Made by a program: the position numbers and the translations under genes
In this document: positions 54,710 through 63,838 of the stretch, one piece after another
Position numbering within the stretch: position 1 is the first letter of the stretch
How the letters are laid out: each line of letters begins with the position of its first letter
The notes under the pieces: model-generated
The model's database searches: none
What the model saw: only the letters and a program-made list of their open reading frames with translations
What the model was told of the DNA's origin: nothing
Assembly: GCA_964544395.1 (NCBI GenBank)
Contig: CAZJAO010000002.1
Location: 5,071-69,070 of the forward strand
Direction of reading: 5' to 3'
Source: Candidatus Woesearchaeota archaeon
GTDB taxonomy: Archaea; Nanobdellota; Nanobdellia; Pacearchaeales; GW2011-AR1
Length of the DNA: 64,000 bases

Positions 54710-54782
54710 AGCCTCAGGAGAGAGTCGAACTCCCGACCTATTGATTACGAATCAATTGCTCTGCCAACTGAGCTACTGAGGC
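54710..54782 (-). tRNA. tRNA-Thr (anticodon CGT)
   Basis: Reverse complement: GCCTCAGTAGCTCAGTTGGCAGAGCAATTGATTCGTAATCAATAGGTCGGGAGTTCGACTCTCTCCTGAGGC. The anticodon loop is TTCGTAA. Confidence 0.85.
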
Positions 54783-54818
54783 ATGAAGTAGCGAATTAAT
54801 TGGGTTTTATAAAATTAC

Positions 54819-54965
54819 TTAAGATTTTTTCTTTGCAAACCAGAAGATGCCAAAAATAAGTCCAAGAACAAGGGCATATATCCAGTAATTTGTACCTGAA
54901 GGAGTAAATAAAATTGCCCCGAATGCTGCCAGAGAAATAAATCCAAAAACTTGTGATTTTCTCAT
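54819..54965 (-). CDS. Small hydrophobic protein of 48 aa with 2 TM segments, hypothetical.
   Basis: Minus-strand translation: MRKSQVFGFISLAAFGAILFTPSGTNYWIYALVLGLIFGIFWFAKKKS. It is below the ORF-track cutoff and is a weak call. Confidence 0.25.
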   Translation of the reverse strand: MRKSQVFGFISLAAFGAILFTPSGTNYWIYALVLGLIFGIFWFAKKKS

Positions 54966-55044
54966 AGAATTATAAGAACTATTTCCTATAAAAATTTAGT
55001 TGCAATGAGAGTACAACTAAGTTGAAAGGTCCGTCTAAATAAAT

Positions 55045-55329
55045 TTAACCAAACAATGCAGACAGACCCTCTGCCGCGCTTTCTCTCTTCTCTTCTTTAG
55101 GCTCTTCTTTCTTTTCCTTTGCAACATGTTCTGCTGCTGGGGCGTTTGCAACTAAACTTGCGTTTTTAAGTTCGTGGTCGATATCCACGCCTTTTAAACT
55201 GGCAACGACAGACTTGATTTTTGATTCATCAGCTTCAATACCTGTAGCTGAAATCACTTTCTTCATGTGCTCGTCGTTGATAGGCTTTCCAAGCTTGTGC
55301 AATAAAAGAGCTGCGTATACGTACTCCAT
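55045..55329 (-). CDS. rpl12: 50S ribosomal protein L12 (P1 stalk protein)
   Basis: MEYVYAALLLHKLGKPI...C-terminal EEKRESAAEGLSALFG. Confidence 0.85.
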   Translation of the reverse strand: MEYVYAALLLHKLGKPINDEHMKKVISATGIEADESKIKSVVASLKGVDIDHELKNASLVANAPAAEHVAKEKKEEPKEEKRESAAEGLSALFG

Positions 55330-56129
55330 TATTCTGTTTCTCCGGATTTAATTTCCTGAACATTGATTAATTTCTCAATTGCAGATTCATTAGCTACTGC
55401 TTTTCTGATTAAGAATGAAATTGTATCTTCTGAAGCATATCCGATTGCAACAGCCAAAGCCAATGCTTTTCCGAATCCTTCCTTCAAATCCTTTAATGTG
55501 CCTTCCTTGTCTAATTTGATTTCTAAGTATAACTCTTTGGACTTTATGTCAAATGCCGCAAGAGGAACAAATCCTACCTTGAATGGTTTGATATCCAGCT
55601 TGTTCATGATTTCAACAGCACTCTTTGAAATCTTTTCTCCCATTTTTGCAATTACTTTTGCTTCCTTGATGCTGATTTTACCCTTGTCAATCATGATTGG
55701 GATTCCAAGTGCTCCAAGCTCACTAATTGCGGGTCCTGGAACTAAGTCTGTTGGTCCTGCAGGAACTTCAATATTGTCTGGAGAAATTTGACCCGCTTTA
55801 GCTCGCACTGAACTCTTGCTTTGAATTAACTCTAATGCCAAATCAAATGGGTCTAAATTTGAGAATATAATTGCGACACTGTCATCAACCTTTCCTTTAA
55901 GTTTAGTCATGTTCTCATCTTTTGCAGATTCAAGAACCATTCCAATTAAATTCTTCTTTGGGACTTTGATTACGGCTTTGCCTCTTAACTTTTTGCAAAT
56001 TTCCTGAAATTGTGAAGCGGGAATATTCTTTATTGATGCAATTAGAACAGTCTTGTTTTCTTTCATTAATTTTGTAAGTTCCTTAACAGCAAGGATTTTT
56101 CTCTTTGAGACATGGGTTTTGTGTTTCAT
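55329..56129 (-). CDS. rpl10: 50S ribosomal protein L10 (uL10/P0)
   Basis: KRKILAVKELTKLMKENKTVLIASIKNIPASQFQEI. It sits in the L1-L10-L12 context. Confidence 0.85.
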   Translation of the reverse strand: MKHKTHVSKRKILAVKELTKLMKENKTVLIASIKNIPASQFQEICKKLRGKAVIKVPKKNLIGMVLESAKDENMTKLKGKVDDSVAIIFSNLDPFDLALELIQSKSSVRAKAGQISPDNIEVPAGPTDLVPGPAISELGALGIPIMIDKGKISIKEAKVIAKMGEKISKSAVEIMNKLDIKPFKVGFVPLAAFDIKSKELYLEIKLDKEGTLKDLKEGFGKALALAVAIGYASEDTISFLIRKAVANESAIEKLINVQEIKSGETE

Positions 56130-56758
56130 CTTATTTGTATTTTCTGAGGTTTAGTCATGGTGAATTTTATTTCGATATTTCTGATGTTTTCGCTTCCTCT
56201 TGGCAATACTTTCAATAAAGCATTATAGATAGTCATGATATTTTCAACAAGCTGTTCATCTTTCATATCCTGCTTTCCTATTCCCAATTTTATGCTTGCT
56301 TCTTTTGACCTTATTTTCATGCTGTGATTAATCTTGTCTTTTAATTCGGGAATAGACTTGTCTTCTGCGCTCTGAACAATTCCTAATTGGGGTGAGGGCA
56401 TTTTTCCGGAGGGTCCAAGAACTCTACCGAAAACAGTTGCGACTTTTGGCATTAAAATTGCCTGTGAAATAAAGAAGTCGTAGCTCTTTTCCAACCCTTT
56501 CAAAACTTTTTTGTCAGAATATTTTTTGAAATCAGCTTCTGTAATTGTGTCCAAATCAGCATGTTTTGTAGTTAAGAAAGCGCAGATTTTTTTGTCTCTG
56601 ATTTTATTAGGAATCTGAACAAACATATTGACTGATTCCTTTTTCAGGTCGAATTTTTGCAGATTTATAATTAAATCTACTGTCTGATTGAATTTTCTCG
56701 ATTCTTCTTTTCGAAGTTCAGCTAAAGCTTTTTGCAAATCTTTCTCTATTTCAGCCAT
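56126..56758 (-). CDS. rpl1: 50S ribosomal protein L1 (uL1). The start is taken at the internal MAEIEK.
   Basis: FNQTVDLIINLQKFDLKK...VFGRVLGPSGKMPSP. Confidence 0.85.
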   Translation of the reverse strand: MAEIEKDLQKALAELRKEESRKFNQTVDLIINLQKFDLKKESVNMFVQIPNKIRDKKICAFLTTKHADLDTITEADFKKYSDKKVLKGLEKSYDFFISQAILMPKVATVFGRVLGPSGKMPSPQLGIVQSAEDKSIPELKDKINHSMKIRSKEASIKLGIGKQDMKDEQLVENIMTIYNALLKVLPRGSENIRNIEIKFTMTKPQKIQIR

Positions 56759-56910
56759 GTGTTGTCCTCCTACATAATGCACAGAAAGTCCAGAATATAG
56801 ACCCCTATGATGTAGTCTTAGGTAAAAACCTCAGCTATTTTAGGTTTATAAATTTAATCTTGCATCATAATTACAATAATTCTTATAAAGCATTTTCAAT
56901 TTTTTGAATA

Positions 56911-57267
56911 ATGGAATTAGTTGCATTGTTATCTTCTGGAGAGGGAAGCGGGGGGCAAGTTTCAGGTTTAATTAAACATGGGGAATGGGAAAAGGTTATA
57001 CTTCTTGGAGATGATTCTTCACAATTCAAAATAGAGGATAAAAAAGAGATAGTAGAATTTGTCAAGATTGATTTAAGCAAAAAAATAAAGGATTTGAGGG
57101 ATGAATTTCAGAAAAGACTCAAAGGAAAAATATCAGGAACAGAAGTTGCATTATCCATTGCATCAGGTGATGGAAAGGAACATATGGCCCTTATTTCTGC
57201 ATTGATAAATTTCCCAGTTGGAATAAGATTTGCTGCTCTTACAAAAGAAGGCGTGATTGATTTGTGA
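56911..57267 (+). CDS. Hypothetical protein of 118 aa.
   Basis: Intact ORF (GEGSGGQVSGLIKHGEWEKVILLGDD...) with no confident family. Confidence 0.35.
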   Translation: MELVALLSSGEGSGGQVSGLIKHGEWEKVILLGDDSSQFKIEDKKEIVEFVKIDLSKKIKDLRDEFQKRLKGKISGTEVALSIASGDGKEHMALISALINFPVGIRFAALTKEGVIDL

Positions 57268-57269
57268 TT

Positions 57270-58706
57270 CTATCTAATATACAAAACCCAGAAGAACATT
57301 ACTAAAAATAATAAAAATATGAAAAACCAAGTTGCAATTTTGAAAGCCCATTTTGCAACTTTCTCTTTCTTCGTTATTGCTAGCACGGTAATATAAAAGA
57401 ATCTTCCTCCATCGAATATTCCCATTGGAAGCATATTGATGAGTGCAACACTTATACTGATAATTACCAACCACCACAATAAATCATAAATGAAGATACC
57501 TAAATCACCGATTTGTGATGCATAATAAACGTGATTTCGGTCAAATGAAGACAAGGTGCTATAAAATTGAGCTATAATGCCCTGATCTTGTGCCGGATAA
57601 AATTCAATGCCTAACCAAGAAAAATTAGGATTATCTGGATTTCGTCCTAAAGTAATATTTCGGTCGTAAGGAGCATTATTTTGCCCAAGAACAGTCAAAG
57701 TTATATTGGTTCCAGGAGCATATTTATGCAATTCGCTTGCAAGTTCTACCGTATCGGTCATTTTCTTCCCATTTACATCCAAAATTGTGCTCTCCAAATT
57801 TGCTCTTATTGCAGGAGCATCATAATAAATCACCAATTCGGTAGGAGTCACATTTTGTCGTTCAACAGAACTCTTTGAAGCAACATAATCAATTGAATTT
57901 GCTCTAATCTGATTGAATTGGGTATTATTATTCATCAAGCTGAGAACTACATTATATGTCGCATTATTTATTGGAATTCCATTGACCATATTAATTGAAG
58001 AGACATTTATAATCGTGTAAGGATAGCTGTCAAACACAACTCCTGACGGTGCAAATGCTAAAGAGAAGAAAAGTATCATGACTCCGAAAAATAAAATTGC
58101 AGTCAGAACATTTGCAAAAGTTCCTGCAGAGAGAACTGCAAGCTGATCAAAGTTCTTTTTCTTTGCCATCGCTTTTTCATCTAATTCTACAAATGCTGCA
58201 AGGAATATTGGGAGGAAGAATGGAAAAAATCCAAATCCCGTATTTTTTATTTTGACTTTATTTCTTGCAGCGAATATCCCGTGGGAGAACTCGTGGAAAA
58301 TTGCGATTACTGCTATGATAAGTATCCAATAGGTAAAATAAAAAGGAGGCAGGAAGCTTAATTTGAAAATCTGAGGCAGATAAGGAATTAGTGGAGTTAT
58401 TGGGGGAATTTTTATTTGTTGTACAATTCCTCCCGGATTGAAAGCATATATCCAGACAATCTTTCCAACCATATAAAGAACTCCGGCCATCAAAGCATAA
58501 CCGATTGTTATGGAAACATAGCTTAGAACTTTCAGAGTTTTCTGGTATTTCTTTCCAATTCTATGAATTAAGTTAATTCCCCATTTTGTTCTGTAAAGAA
58601 GTAGAAGTCCTTCTCTCTTTACACCTTTTCTTTTTTGGTAGAGGAAAATTCCTAATACTAAGATAAAGATCCCTAGGAATATCAAATCGTAAACTAAAAA
58701 ACTCAT
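57270..58706 (-). CDS. Site-2 protease (M50 family membrane metalloprotease with a PDZ-like insert)
   Basis: HEFSHG is the HExxH motif in TM context. NMLPMGIFDGGRF is the second zinc-ligand LDG motif. Multi-TM. Confidence 0.75.
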   Translation of the reverse strand: MSFLVYDLIFLGIFILVLGIFLYQKRKGVKREGLLLLYRTKWGINLIHRIGKKYQKTLKVLSYVSITIGYALMAGVLYMVGKIVWIYAFNPGGIVQQIKIPPITPLIPYLPQIFKLSFLPPFYFTYWILIIAVIAIFHEFSHGIFAARNKVKIKNTGFGFFPFFLPIFLAAFVELDEKAMAKKKNFDQLAVLSAGTFANVLTAILFFGVMILFFSLAFAPSGVVFDSYPYTIINVSSINMVNGIPINNATYNVVLSLMNNNTQFNQIRANSIDYVASKSSVERQNVTPTELVIYYDAPAIRANLESTILDVNGKKMTDTVELASELHKYAPGTNITLTVLGQNNAPYDRNITLGRNPDNPNFSWLGIEFYPAQDQGIIAQFYSTLSSFDRNHVYYASQIGDLGIFIYDLLWWLVIISISVALINMLPMGIFDGGRFFYITVLAITKKEKVAKWAFKIATWFFIFLLFLVMFFWVLYIR

Positions 58707-58868
58707 TTATTTTCTTTTGAGAGGTCTGAATGCTCTTTTTTTACACTTCCTGCATTTGACTTCACCCTTCAATATTTTTTGAGGATCTGATCTGATTTTG
58801 CTCTTGCAATTTTTGCATACAAAAACGTTCTTGAATTCTCTGTTCATTGCTTCAGCTATTTTTGCCAT
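58707..58868 (-). CDS. rpl40e: 50S ribosomal protein L40e (eL40). At 53 aa it is below the ORF-track cutoff.
   Basis: Minus-strand translation: MAKIAEAMNREFKNVFVCKNCKSKIRSDPQKILKGEVKCRKCKKRAFRPLKRK. This follows the C-x2-C...C-x2-C pattern of archaeal L40e. Its stop abuts the S2P protease ATG. Confidence 0.65.
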   Translation of the reverse strand: MAKIAEAMNREFKNVFVCKNCKSKIRSDPQKILKGEVKCRKCKKRAFRPLKRK

Positions 58869-58897
58869 GTTATGATTAAAATAGAGGAAAATGATTT

Positions 58898-59548
58898 TTA
58901 AATCTTCCTTGTTGTATTTAAATATTCGGAGACTCTCTTTATTGCCTCGTTCATTCGGGCAGGTTCAGTTGAAGTATATATCTCGAAATCTTTAGGAAGA
59001 GGGAATTTTCTTTGTCTATCAAAAACAAACAGAAGTCTTTGAGGATTTACTCTTCTTAATCCATTTTTTTCAATTTCCCAAAATCCTTCATAAGGTCCAA
59101 AATAACTTTCTCTCACTTCCCAATCCTGCATGCCGGTATATGCTCCTGAAACATTTATCTCTCGGTCTTTTAGATACTGTCTGACTTTTTCTAATGTAAT
59201 CCCTGTAATAAAATCATCCTCCGTTAAGATTACCTTTTTTCCTATTAATTTTTGTAATTGTCCCGCATTCATTTCGGGTTCTTTCATTTCCCTTTCACGA
59301 TGAGAGAAATCAATTTCAGAATAAGAATATCCCATCATCTCGAATATTTTTGCATACGGAACTCCCGCATTTTTTATTGCTGTAACTGCTCCATATCCTT
59401 TTTCTTTTAATTGCAAGGCAGTATCGCAAGATAGGACTATTTCTGAAGTGTTATACCCCCATTTAGGTTTTTCTAAGTTAGATTTGAAATAAAACTCTAA
59501 ATCTTCTTTGCTTAGAACTCTTGACTCTAGCATATTTACCATGCCCAA
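58898..59548 (-). CDS. Phosphoribosyltransferase-fold (type I PRT) domain protein, hypothetical.
   Basis: PRPP-binding-like motif KKVILTEDDFITGITL (four hydrophobic residues, DD, then x-TG-x-T). Confidence 0.35.
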   Translation of the reverse strand: MGMVNMLESRVLSKEDLEFYFKSNLEKPKWGYNTSEIVLSCDTALQLKEKGYGAVTAIKNAGVPYAKIFEMMGYSYSEIDFSHREREMKEPEMNAGQLQKLIGKKVILTEDDFITGITLEKVRQYLKDREINVSGAYTGMQDWEVRESYFGPYEGFWEIEKNGLRRVNPQRLLFVFDRQRKFPLPKDFEIYTSTEPARMNEAIKRVSEYLNTTRKI

Positions 59549-59588
59549 GAAACCGAGAAATGCCTTATAAATCTTAAGTATCTTTATT

Positions 59589-59975
59589 CTACACTTTTCT
59601 CTTGATTATTTTTACTCCTTCAATGTCCCAGTATTCAACATTTGAGTTGATTTCAATCTGTGATCTTATTTCTTCAGGACAATCTAATTCTAATGTCTCG
59701 AAATTTTCCAAATCCATGATGCTTACTTTGTCGCCGATTGACAGAACCTGTCCTTTTCTTTTCTCAACCATTGGAACTTCAAATCTTTCTGTTCCTGGAA
59801 CGACCAGAACTTTTTTCTTTTCAGTAATCATTCCGACAGCTTCAATTCGGCATTTGTGGGCTCCATGTTTTCCTGTCTTGCTCACATCCATGCTTTTGAC
59901 AGTAAATGGTTCTCCATCAAGAATAATATTCGTGCCGATTTTCGCATCCGTCGCGTTTATTATTTTTGCAACCAT
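59589..59975 (-). CDS. eif5a: Translation initiation factor 5A (aIF5A/eIF-5A)
   Basis: The hypusination loop SKTGKHGAHK is present. SH3-like and OB domains are present. Confidence 0.85.
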   Translation of the reverse strand: MVAKIINATDAKIGTNIILDGEPFTVKSMDVSKTGKHGAHKCRIEAVGMITEKKKVLVVPGTERFEVPMVEKRKGQVLSIGDKVSIMDLENFETLELDCPEEIRSQIEINSNVEYWDIEGVKIIKRKV

Positions 59976-60025
59976 GAATTACCAAGAAAAAATACATTTA
60001 TAAACGTTTTCGCTAAATAAATGAA

Positions 60026-60700
60026 ATGCTTCAGAAAAAAGATTTTATTGAAATAGAATTTACAGGACGAGTTAAGAACGGAGAAGTGTTTGATTCAAAC
60101 ATAAAGGAAGATTTGGAAAAGCTTCATTCAGGACACAATCATCCTATTAAAACAGAACCATTCATATTTTCTCTTGGAGAAGGCATGTTTTTGAAAGCGG
60201 TTGAAAACTTTTTAGTCGGAAAGCCTGAAACTCCCGCAACCTATGAAATAGAATTGGCTCCTGAACAGGCATTTGGAAAGAGAAATCCACAATTGATTCA
60301 AAAAATACCATTAAAGATATTCATGGACCAAAGAATAAATCCTGTTCCGGGTTTTGTATTTAACTTTGATGGAAAAATTGGGCGAGTTCTGGCATCTTCT
60401 GGGGGCAGAGTAATAGTCGATTTTAATAATCCTGTTGCAGGAAAAGATGTTGTATACAAAGTTAAGATTATAAAAAAAATTAATGATTTGCATGAAAAGG
60501 CAAAAGCATTGATTAAATTTTTATTCAGAGAAGACCTGAAATTTGAGATAAAAGAAAATAAAATTATCTTGGAAGTAGAAAAACCTGCAGTTGAATTTGT
60601 CAAAATATTCAAGGATAAATTCAAGGAAATGCTCGGCTTGGAGCTTGAAACAAAGGAAATTGAGAAAGAATCCGAAAAGCCAGCCGAAATAGAACAATAA
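60026..60700 (+). CDS. FKBP-type peptidyl-prolyl cis-trans isomerase (archaeal long-type/SlyD-like with an IF insert)
   Basis: IEFTGRVKNGEVFDSN...GEGMFLKAVENFLVGKPE...GRVIVDFNNPVAGKDVVYKVKII. Confidence 0.75.
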   Translation: MLQKKDFIEIEFTGRVKNGEVFDSNIKEDLEKLHSGHNHPIKTEPFIFSLGEGMFLKAVENFLVGKPETPATYEIELAPEQAFGKRNPQLIQKIPLKIFMDQRINPVPGFVFNFDGKIGRVLASSGGRVIVDFNNPVAGKDVVYKVKIIKKINDLHEKAKALIKFLFREDLKFEIKENKIILEVEKPAVEFVKIFKDKFKEMLGLELETKEIEKESEKPAEIEQ

Positions 60701-60731
60701 TTCTTATAAATAGAAAAACCTTCTTTCCTCG

Positions 60732-61814
60732 ATGGACGAAATTTATGAAAATTCTTCTAATGTAAGAGAGATTGATAAGGAACTTGAGGAATTAGTCAAG
60801 GCACAGACAGCCAAGATAAAGATTATAGGTGTGGGTGGTGGAGGAAATAATTCTTTGAATAGAATGAAAGAAATCGGAATAAAAGGAGGAGAATTAATTG
60901 CTGTAAATACAGATGCTCAGGATTTATTATATACTGATGCAGACCAAAAAATCTTAATCGGGAGAGAATTGACACGAGGACTTGGGGCAGGAAGCAATCC
61001 AAGAGTGGGAGAAGAGTCTGCTAAAGAATCCGAGTCTGAAATAAAAAAGAAAATTGCAGGAAGTGATATGGTATTCATCACTTGCGGTTTGGGTGGTGGA
61101 ACGGGGACTGGTGCCGCACCAGTAATTGCTGCTTTAGCAAAAAAACAAGGCGCATTGACAATTGGGGTCGTTACATTGCCATTTACAATTGAAGGTAAGA
61201 AAAGAATTGAAAATGCAATGAATGGCCTTGAAAAAATGCAATCCGTTGTTGATACTCTGATTATTATCCCTAATGATAAATTGCTTGAGCTGGCTCCGGA
61301 CTTGCCCTTGCATACTGCTTTCAAGATTGCAGATGAAATTTTAACAAATGCTGTAAAGGGAGTTACAGAACTTGTTACAACAACAGGACTTGTAAATCTC
61401 GATTTCGCTGATATCAAAGCAGTAATGGTTGATGGCGGAGTTTCATTAATTGGTATGGGAGAATCAGATCAGGCGGGAAAACGATCTATTGAAGCCGTTG
61501 AAAAAGCAATTAACAATCCCTTGCTTGACGTCGACATTTCAGATGCAACAGGCGCTCTTGTAAATATTATCGGGGGACCAAACATGAGCCTTGATGAATG
61601 CAAAGATATTATTGCAACAGTGGGCGCAAAGTTAAGTCCAGAAGCAAAATTAATCTGGGGAGCGCAAATCTCCGATGATATGGACAAATCAATAAGAGTT
61701 TTGTTAATTGTTACAGGTGTAAAAAGTTCTCAGATAACTGGACATACGGGCAATGATGAATCTGCAAGGCACAGAGAAATAGAAGAAGAATTGGGAATTG
61801 AATTCTTGGAATAA
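60732..61814 (+). CDS. ftsZ: Cell division GTPase FtsZ
   Basis: The tubulin signature GGGTGTG and IGVGGGGNNSLNRM are present, with a GTPase plus C-terminal domain. Confidence 0.9.
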   Translation: MDEIYENSSNVREIDKELEELVKAQTAKIKIIGVGGGGNNSLNRMKEIGIKGGELIAVNTDAQDLLYTDADQKILIGRELTRGLGAGSNPRVGEESAKESESEIKKKIAGSDMVFITCGLGGGTGTGAAPVIAALAKKQGALTIGVVTLPFTIEGKKRIENAMNGLEKMQSVVDTLIIIPNDKLLELAPDLPLHTAFKIADEILTNAVKGVTELVTTTGLVNLDFADIKAVMVDGGVSLIGMGESDQAGKRSIEAVEKAINNPLLDVDISDATGALVNIIGGPNMSLDECKDIIATVGAKLSPEAKLIWGAQISDDMDKSIRVLLIVTGVKSSQITGHTGNDESARHREIEEELGIEFLE

Positions 61815-61845
61815 AACTTAAATACCCTTCATAATTAATTTCATT

Positions 61846-62028
61846 ATGGCAATAAAAGATTTACCTCAGAATGCAAAATCATTTTATATAAAATGTGCAC
61901 GTGTCTGGCAGGTTTTGAAAAAGCCCACCCGTGAAGAATTCAAGATAACTGCAAAAATCTCAGCAATAAGCATAATCATACTTGGAGTTGTTGGTTTTAT
62001 TATTTCTCTTATCGTGACTGCGATATAA
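61846..62028 (+). CDS. secE: Preprotein translocase subunit SecE (Sec61 gamma)
   Basis: 60 aa with an amphipathic N-terminus plus a single C-terminal TM. The canonical position is upstream of spt5/nusG. Confidence 0.65.
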   Translation: MAIKDLPQNAKSFYIKCARVWQVLKKPTREEFKITAKISAISIIILGVVGFIISLIVTAI

Positions 62029-62111
62029 AATAAATTATAGGTTTAACGATTGTTAAGCACTACCGACGGGTAATTAGATAGCTTTAATAAGAAAAGGACC
62101 ATTAATTTATT

Positions 62112-63092
62112 ATGAGTTTAGATGGAATATTAAAGGGTGTTGTATCTTTTATCGGAGGAACAGCTTTAGCAATCTCTTTAGTCGGTTGTCCTCAACCAAA
62201 TACAAAACCAGATTATACTGCTGAAAAAACAGCAATAACAAAAGCTGCTGATAGACTATTACAATTACAAAATGCAAATGGTTCTTGGGACTGGAATGTT
62301 ACAGGTGCAAGCGGACCCACTACTAAAACTTATTTGAATATTGCTGGAGTAACTGCAGAAGGATTATTAGATGCTTATAAAACTACAGGAGATTCAAAAT
62401 ATCTTACTGCTGCAAAAAAGGCTGGAGATTTTTTAAAGACTGGATATAGCTCAAATGTAACTGTTTTAGGTAGTGGTAATAATGTTAATGCATTTAATGT
62501 AAAATTCCTTTATGATTTAGGAAGTGTTAGCGGAACAAGTTCTTATACTGCGGAAGCAACTACTTTAATGAATAAGGTTCTTACTGCATATCCTCTTCCT
62601 CAGGATTTAGTTAATGCTGATGCAAATGCAAGAGTAAATCTTATTGAGGGAGTCGGAGAGGGAATAGTTCCATGGGATTTATTTAATTATGTATCAGATG
62701 CTAATTCTGCAGGCAATTCTTCTTGGGCAAATAATTTAGAAGGCTTAGCTCAAACTGAAACAATACCTAGTTCTACTGACCCTACGTACATACTTGGATT
62801 ATCTGCGTTTACTATTGGAGGAAATGCTACTGCTAAAAAATTATTGCAAGACGCTCAAAACTCTGATGGAACCTGGAGTGATGCAAGTGGAACTGTTCAA
62901 GATACAGCATATGCTGTTATGGCTCTTGTAAAAACAGGAGATATGGCTCGGGCAGAATCTGGAGTTAAGGCAGGAGTGAAAACACAATTAGCAAATGGTG
63001 GCTGGTCTGATGCTACAGGCGGTAATAACAACGAATTCTCAGAAGTAGATAGTGAAGTTATTCAAGCAATTTCTTATTATATAAGCCAGTAA
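62112..63092 (+). CDS. Secreted, lipoprotein-like alpha/alpha-toroid (prenyltransferase/terpene-cyclase-like) repeat protein.
   Basis: A signal peptide with a lipobox-like SLVGC is followed by repeated xNGSWDW, DGTWSD and NGGWSD motifs. These are typical of PFTB/SQHop-type toroid repeats. Confidence 0.45.
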   Translation: MSLDGILKGVVSFIGGTALAISLVGCPQPNTKPDYTAEKTAITKAADRLLQLQNANGSWDWNVTGASGPTTKTYLNIAGVTAEGLLDAYKTTGDSKYLTAAKKAGDFLKTGYSSNVTVLGSGNNVNAFNVKFLYDLGSVSGTSSYTAEATTLMNKVLTAYPLPQDLVNADANARVNLIEGVGEGIVPWDLFNYVSDANSAGNSSWANNLEGLAQTETIPSSTDPTYILGLSAFTIGGNATAKKLLQDAQNSDGTWSDASGTVQDTAYAVMALVKTGDMARAESGVKAGVKTQLANGGWSDATGGNNNEFSEVDSEVIQAISYYISQ

Positions 63093-63096
63093 TAAT

Positions 63097-63285
63097 ATGA
63101 AATTCTTTAATCATTCTCTTATGAATGCTGCAACTTTATTTGGAGTAGCTTTAACTCTTATAGCATTAACCTTTGCTCTTTCAGATAAATTAGGATTCTA
63201 TCCAATGATCGTATTTTTCTTTGTTGGATGTCTCTATCTCCTTGCCTCTATTGTGGCCGCTTTCTTTCCTTCATTAAGTGAGTAG
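63097..63285 (+). CDS. Small 2-TM membrane protein, hypothetical.
   Basis: 62 aa and hydrophobic. Confidence 0.25.
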   Translation: MKFFNHSLMNAATLFGVALTLIALTFALSDKLGFYPMIVFFFVGCLYLLASIVAAFFPSLSE

Positions 63286-63375
63286 AATTAATCCCCAAAA
63301 TTTATAAACCCAATTTCTACATAATTATATCTTTCTAAGATGTTATGTCTTAGACGGAGCTAAAAACACAATAAA

Positions 63376-63837
63376 ATGATATTTGTAATAAAAGTAACAA
63401 CAAACAAGGAAGAAAGTGCAGTAGATTTAATCACTGATAGAATTGAAAAGAAGAGTCTAAATGTTTTCTCCGTTCTAAAACCTCATGGATTGAGAGGATA
63501 TATTCTACTTGAAGCTGAAGATAGGGAAAGCGCAGAAGAAGCGGTTTTCAATTTGCCTTATGTAAAAGGAATTATCGGAAAAACTCTTACTTATGAAGAA
63601 ATAAAAAACATGGTTGAAACCTCAACAGCTCCAGTCTCAATCAAGGAAGGAGACATTGTTGAAATTATTTCAGAGCCATTCAAGAAAGAAAAAGCGAAAG
63701 TTTTAAGAGTGGATGAGCAAAAAGGAGATGTTGTAGTAAGCTTGTTAGGAGCTCTTGTTCAGCTTCCCGTAACAATTAAAATTGACAACGTCAGAGCGGT
63801 AAGAAGAGAGGACCAGGAAGACGAGGATAATAACTAA
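63376..63837 (+). CDS. spt5: Transcription elongation factor Spt5 (NusG homolog)
   Basis: An NGN domain (IFVIKVTTNKEESAV...GYILLEAED) is followed by KOW (IKEGDIVEIISEPFKKEKAKVLRVDE). Confidence 0.8.
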   Translation: MIFVIKVTTNKEESAVDLITDRIEKKSLNVFSVLKPHGLRGYILLEAEDRESAEEAVFNLPYVKGIIGKTLTYEEIKNMVETSTAPVSIKEGDIVEIISEPFKKEKAKVLRVDEQKGDVVVSLLGALVQLPVTIKIDNVRAVRREDQEDEDNN

Positions 63838-63838
63838 A

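Noticed and set aside
54506-54799. The 97-aa plus-strand ORF.
   Set aside because: It overlaps the 5' end of the minus-strand helicase gene and the whole tRNA-Thr. It has no start context. It is an artifact.
56883-57080. The 65-aa minus-strand ORF upstream of rpl1.
   Set aside because: It overlaps the better-supported plus-strand 118-aa ORF and the rpl1 leader region. It is Cys/Ser-rich, has no family match and has a poor start context.
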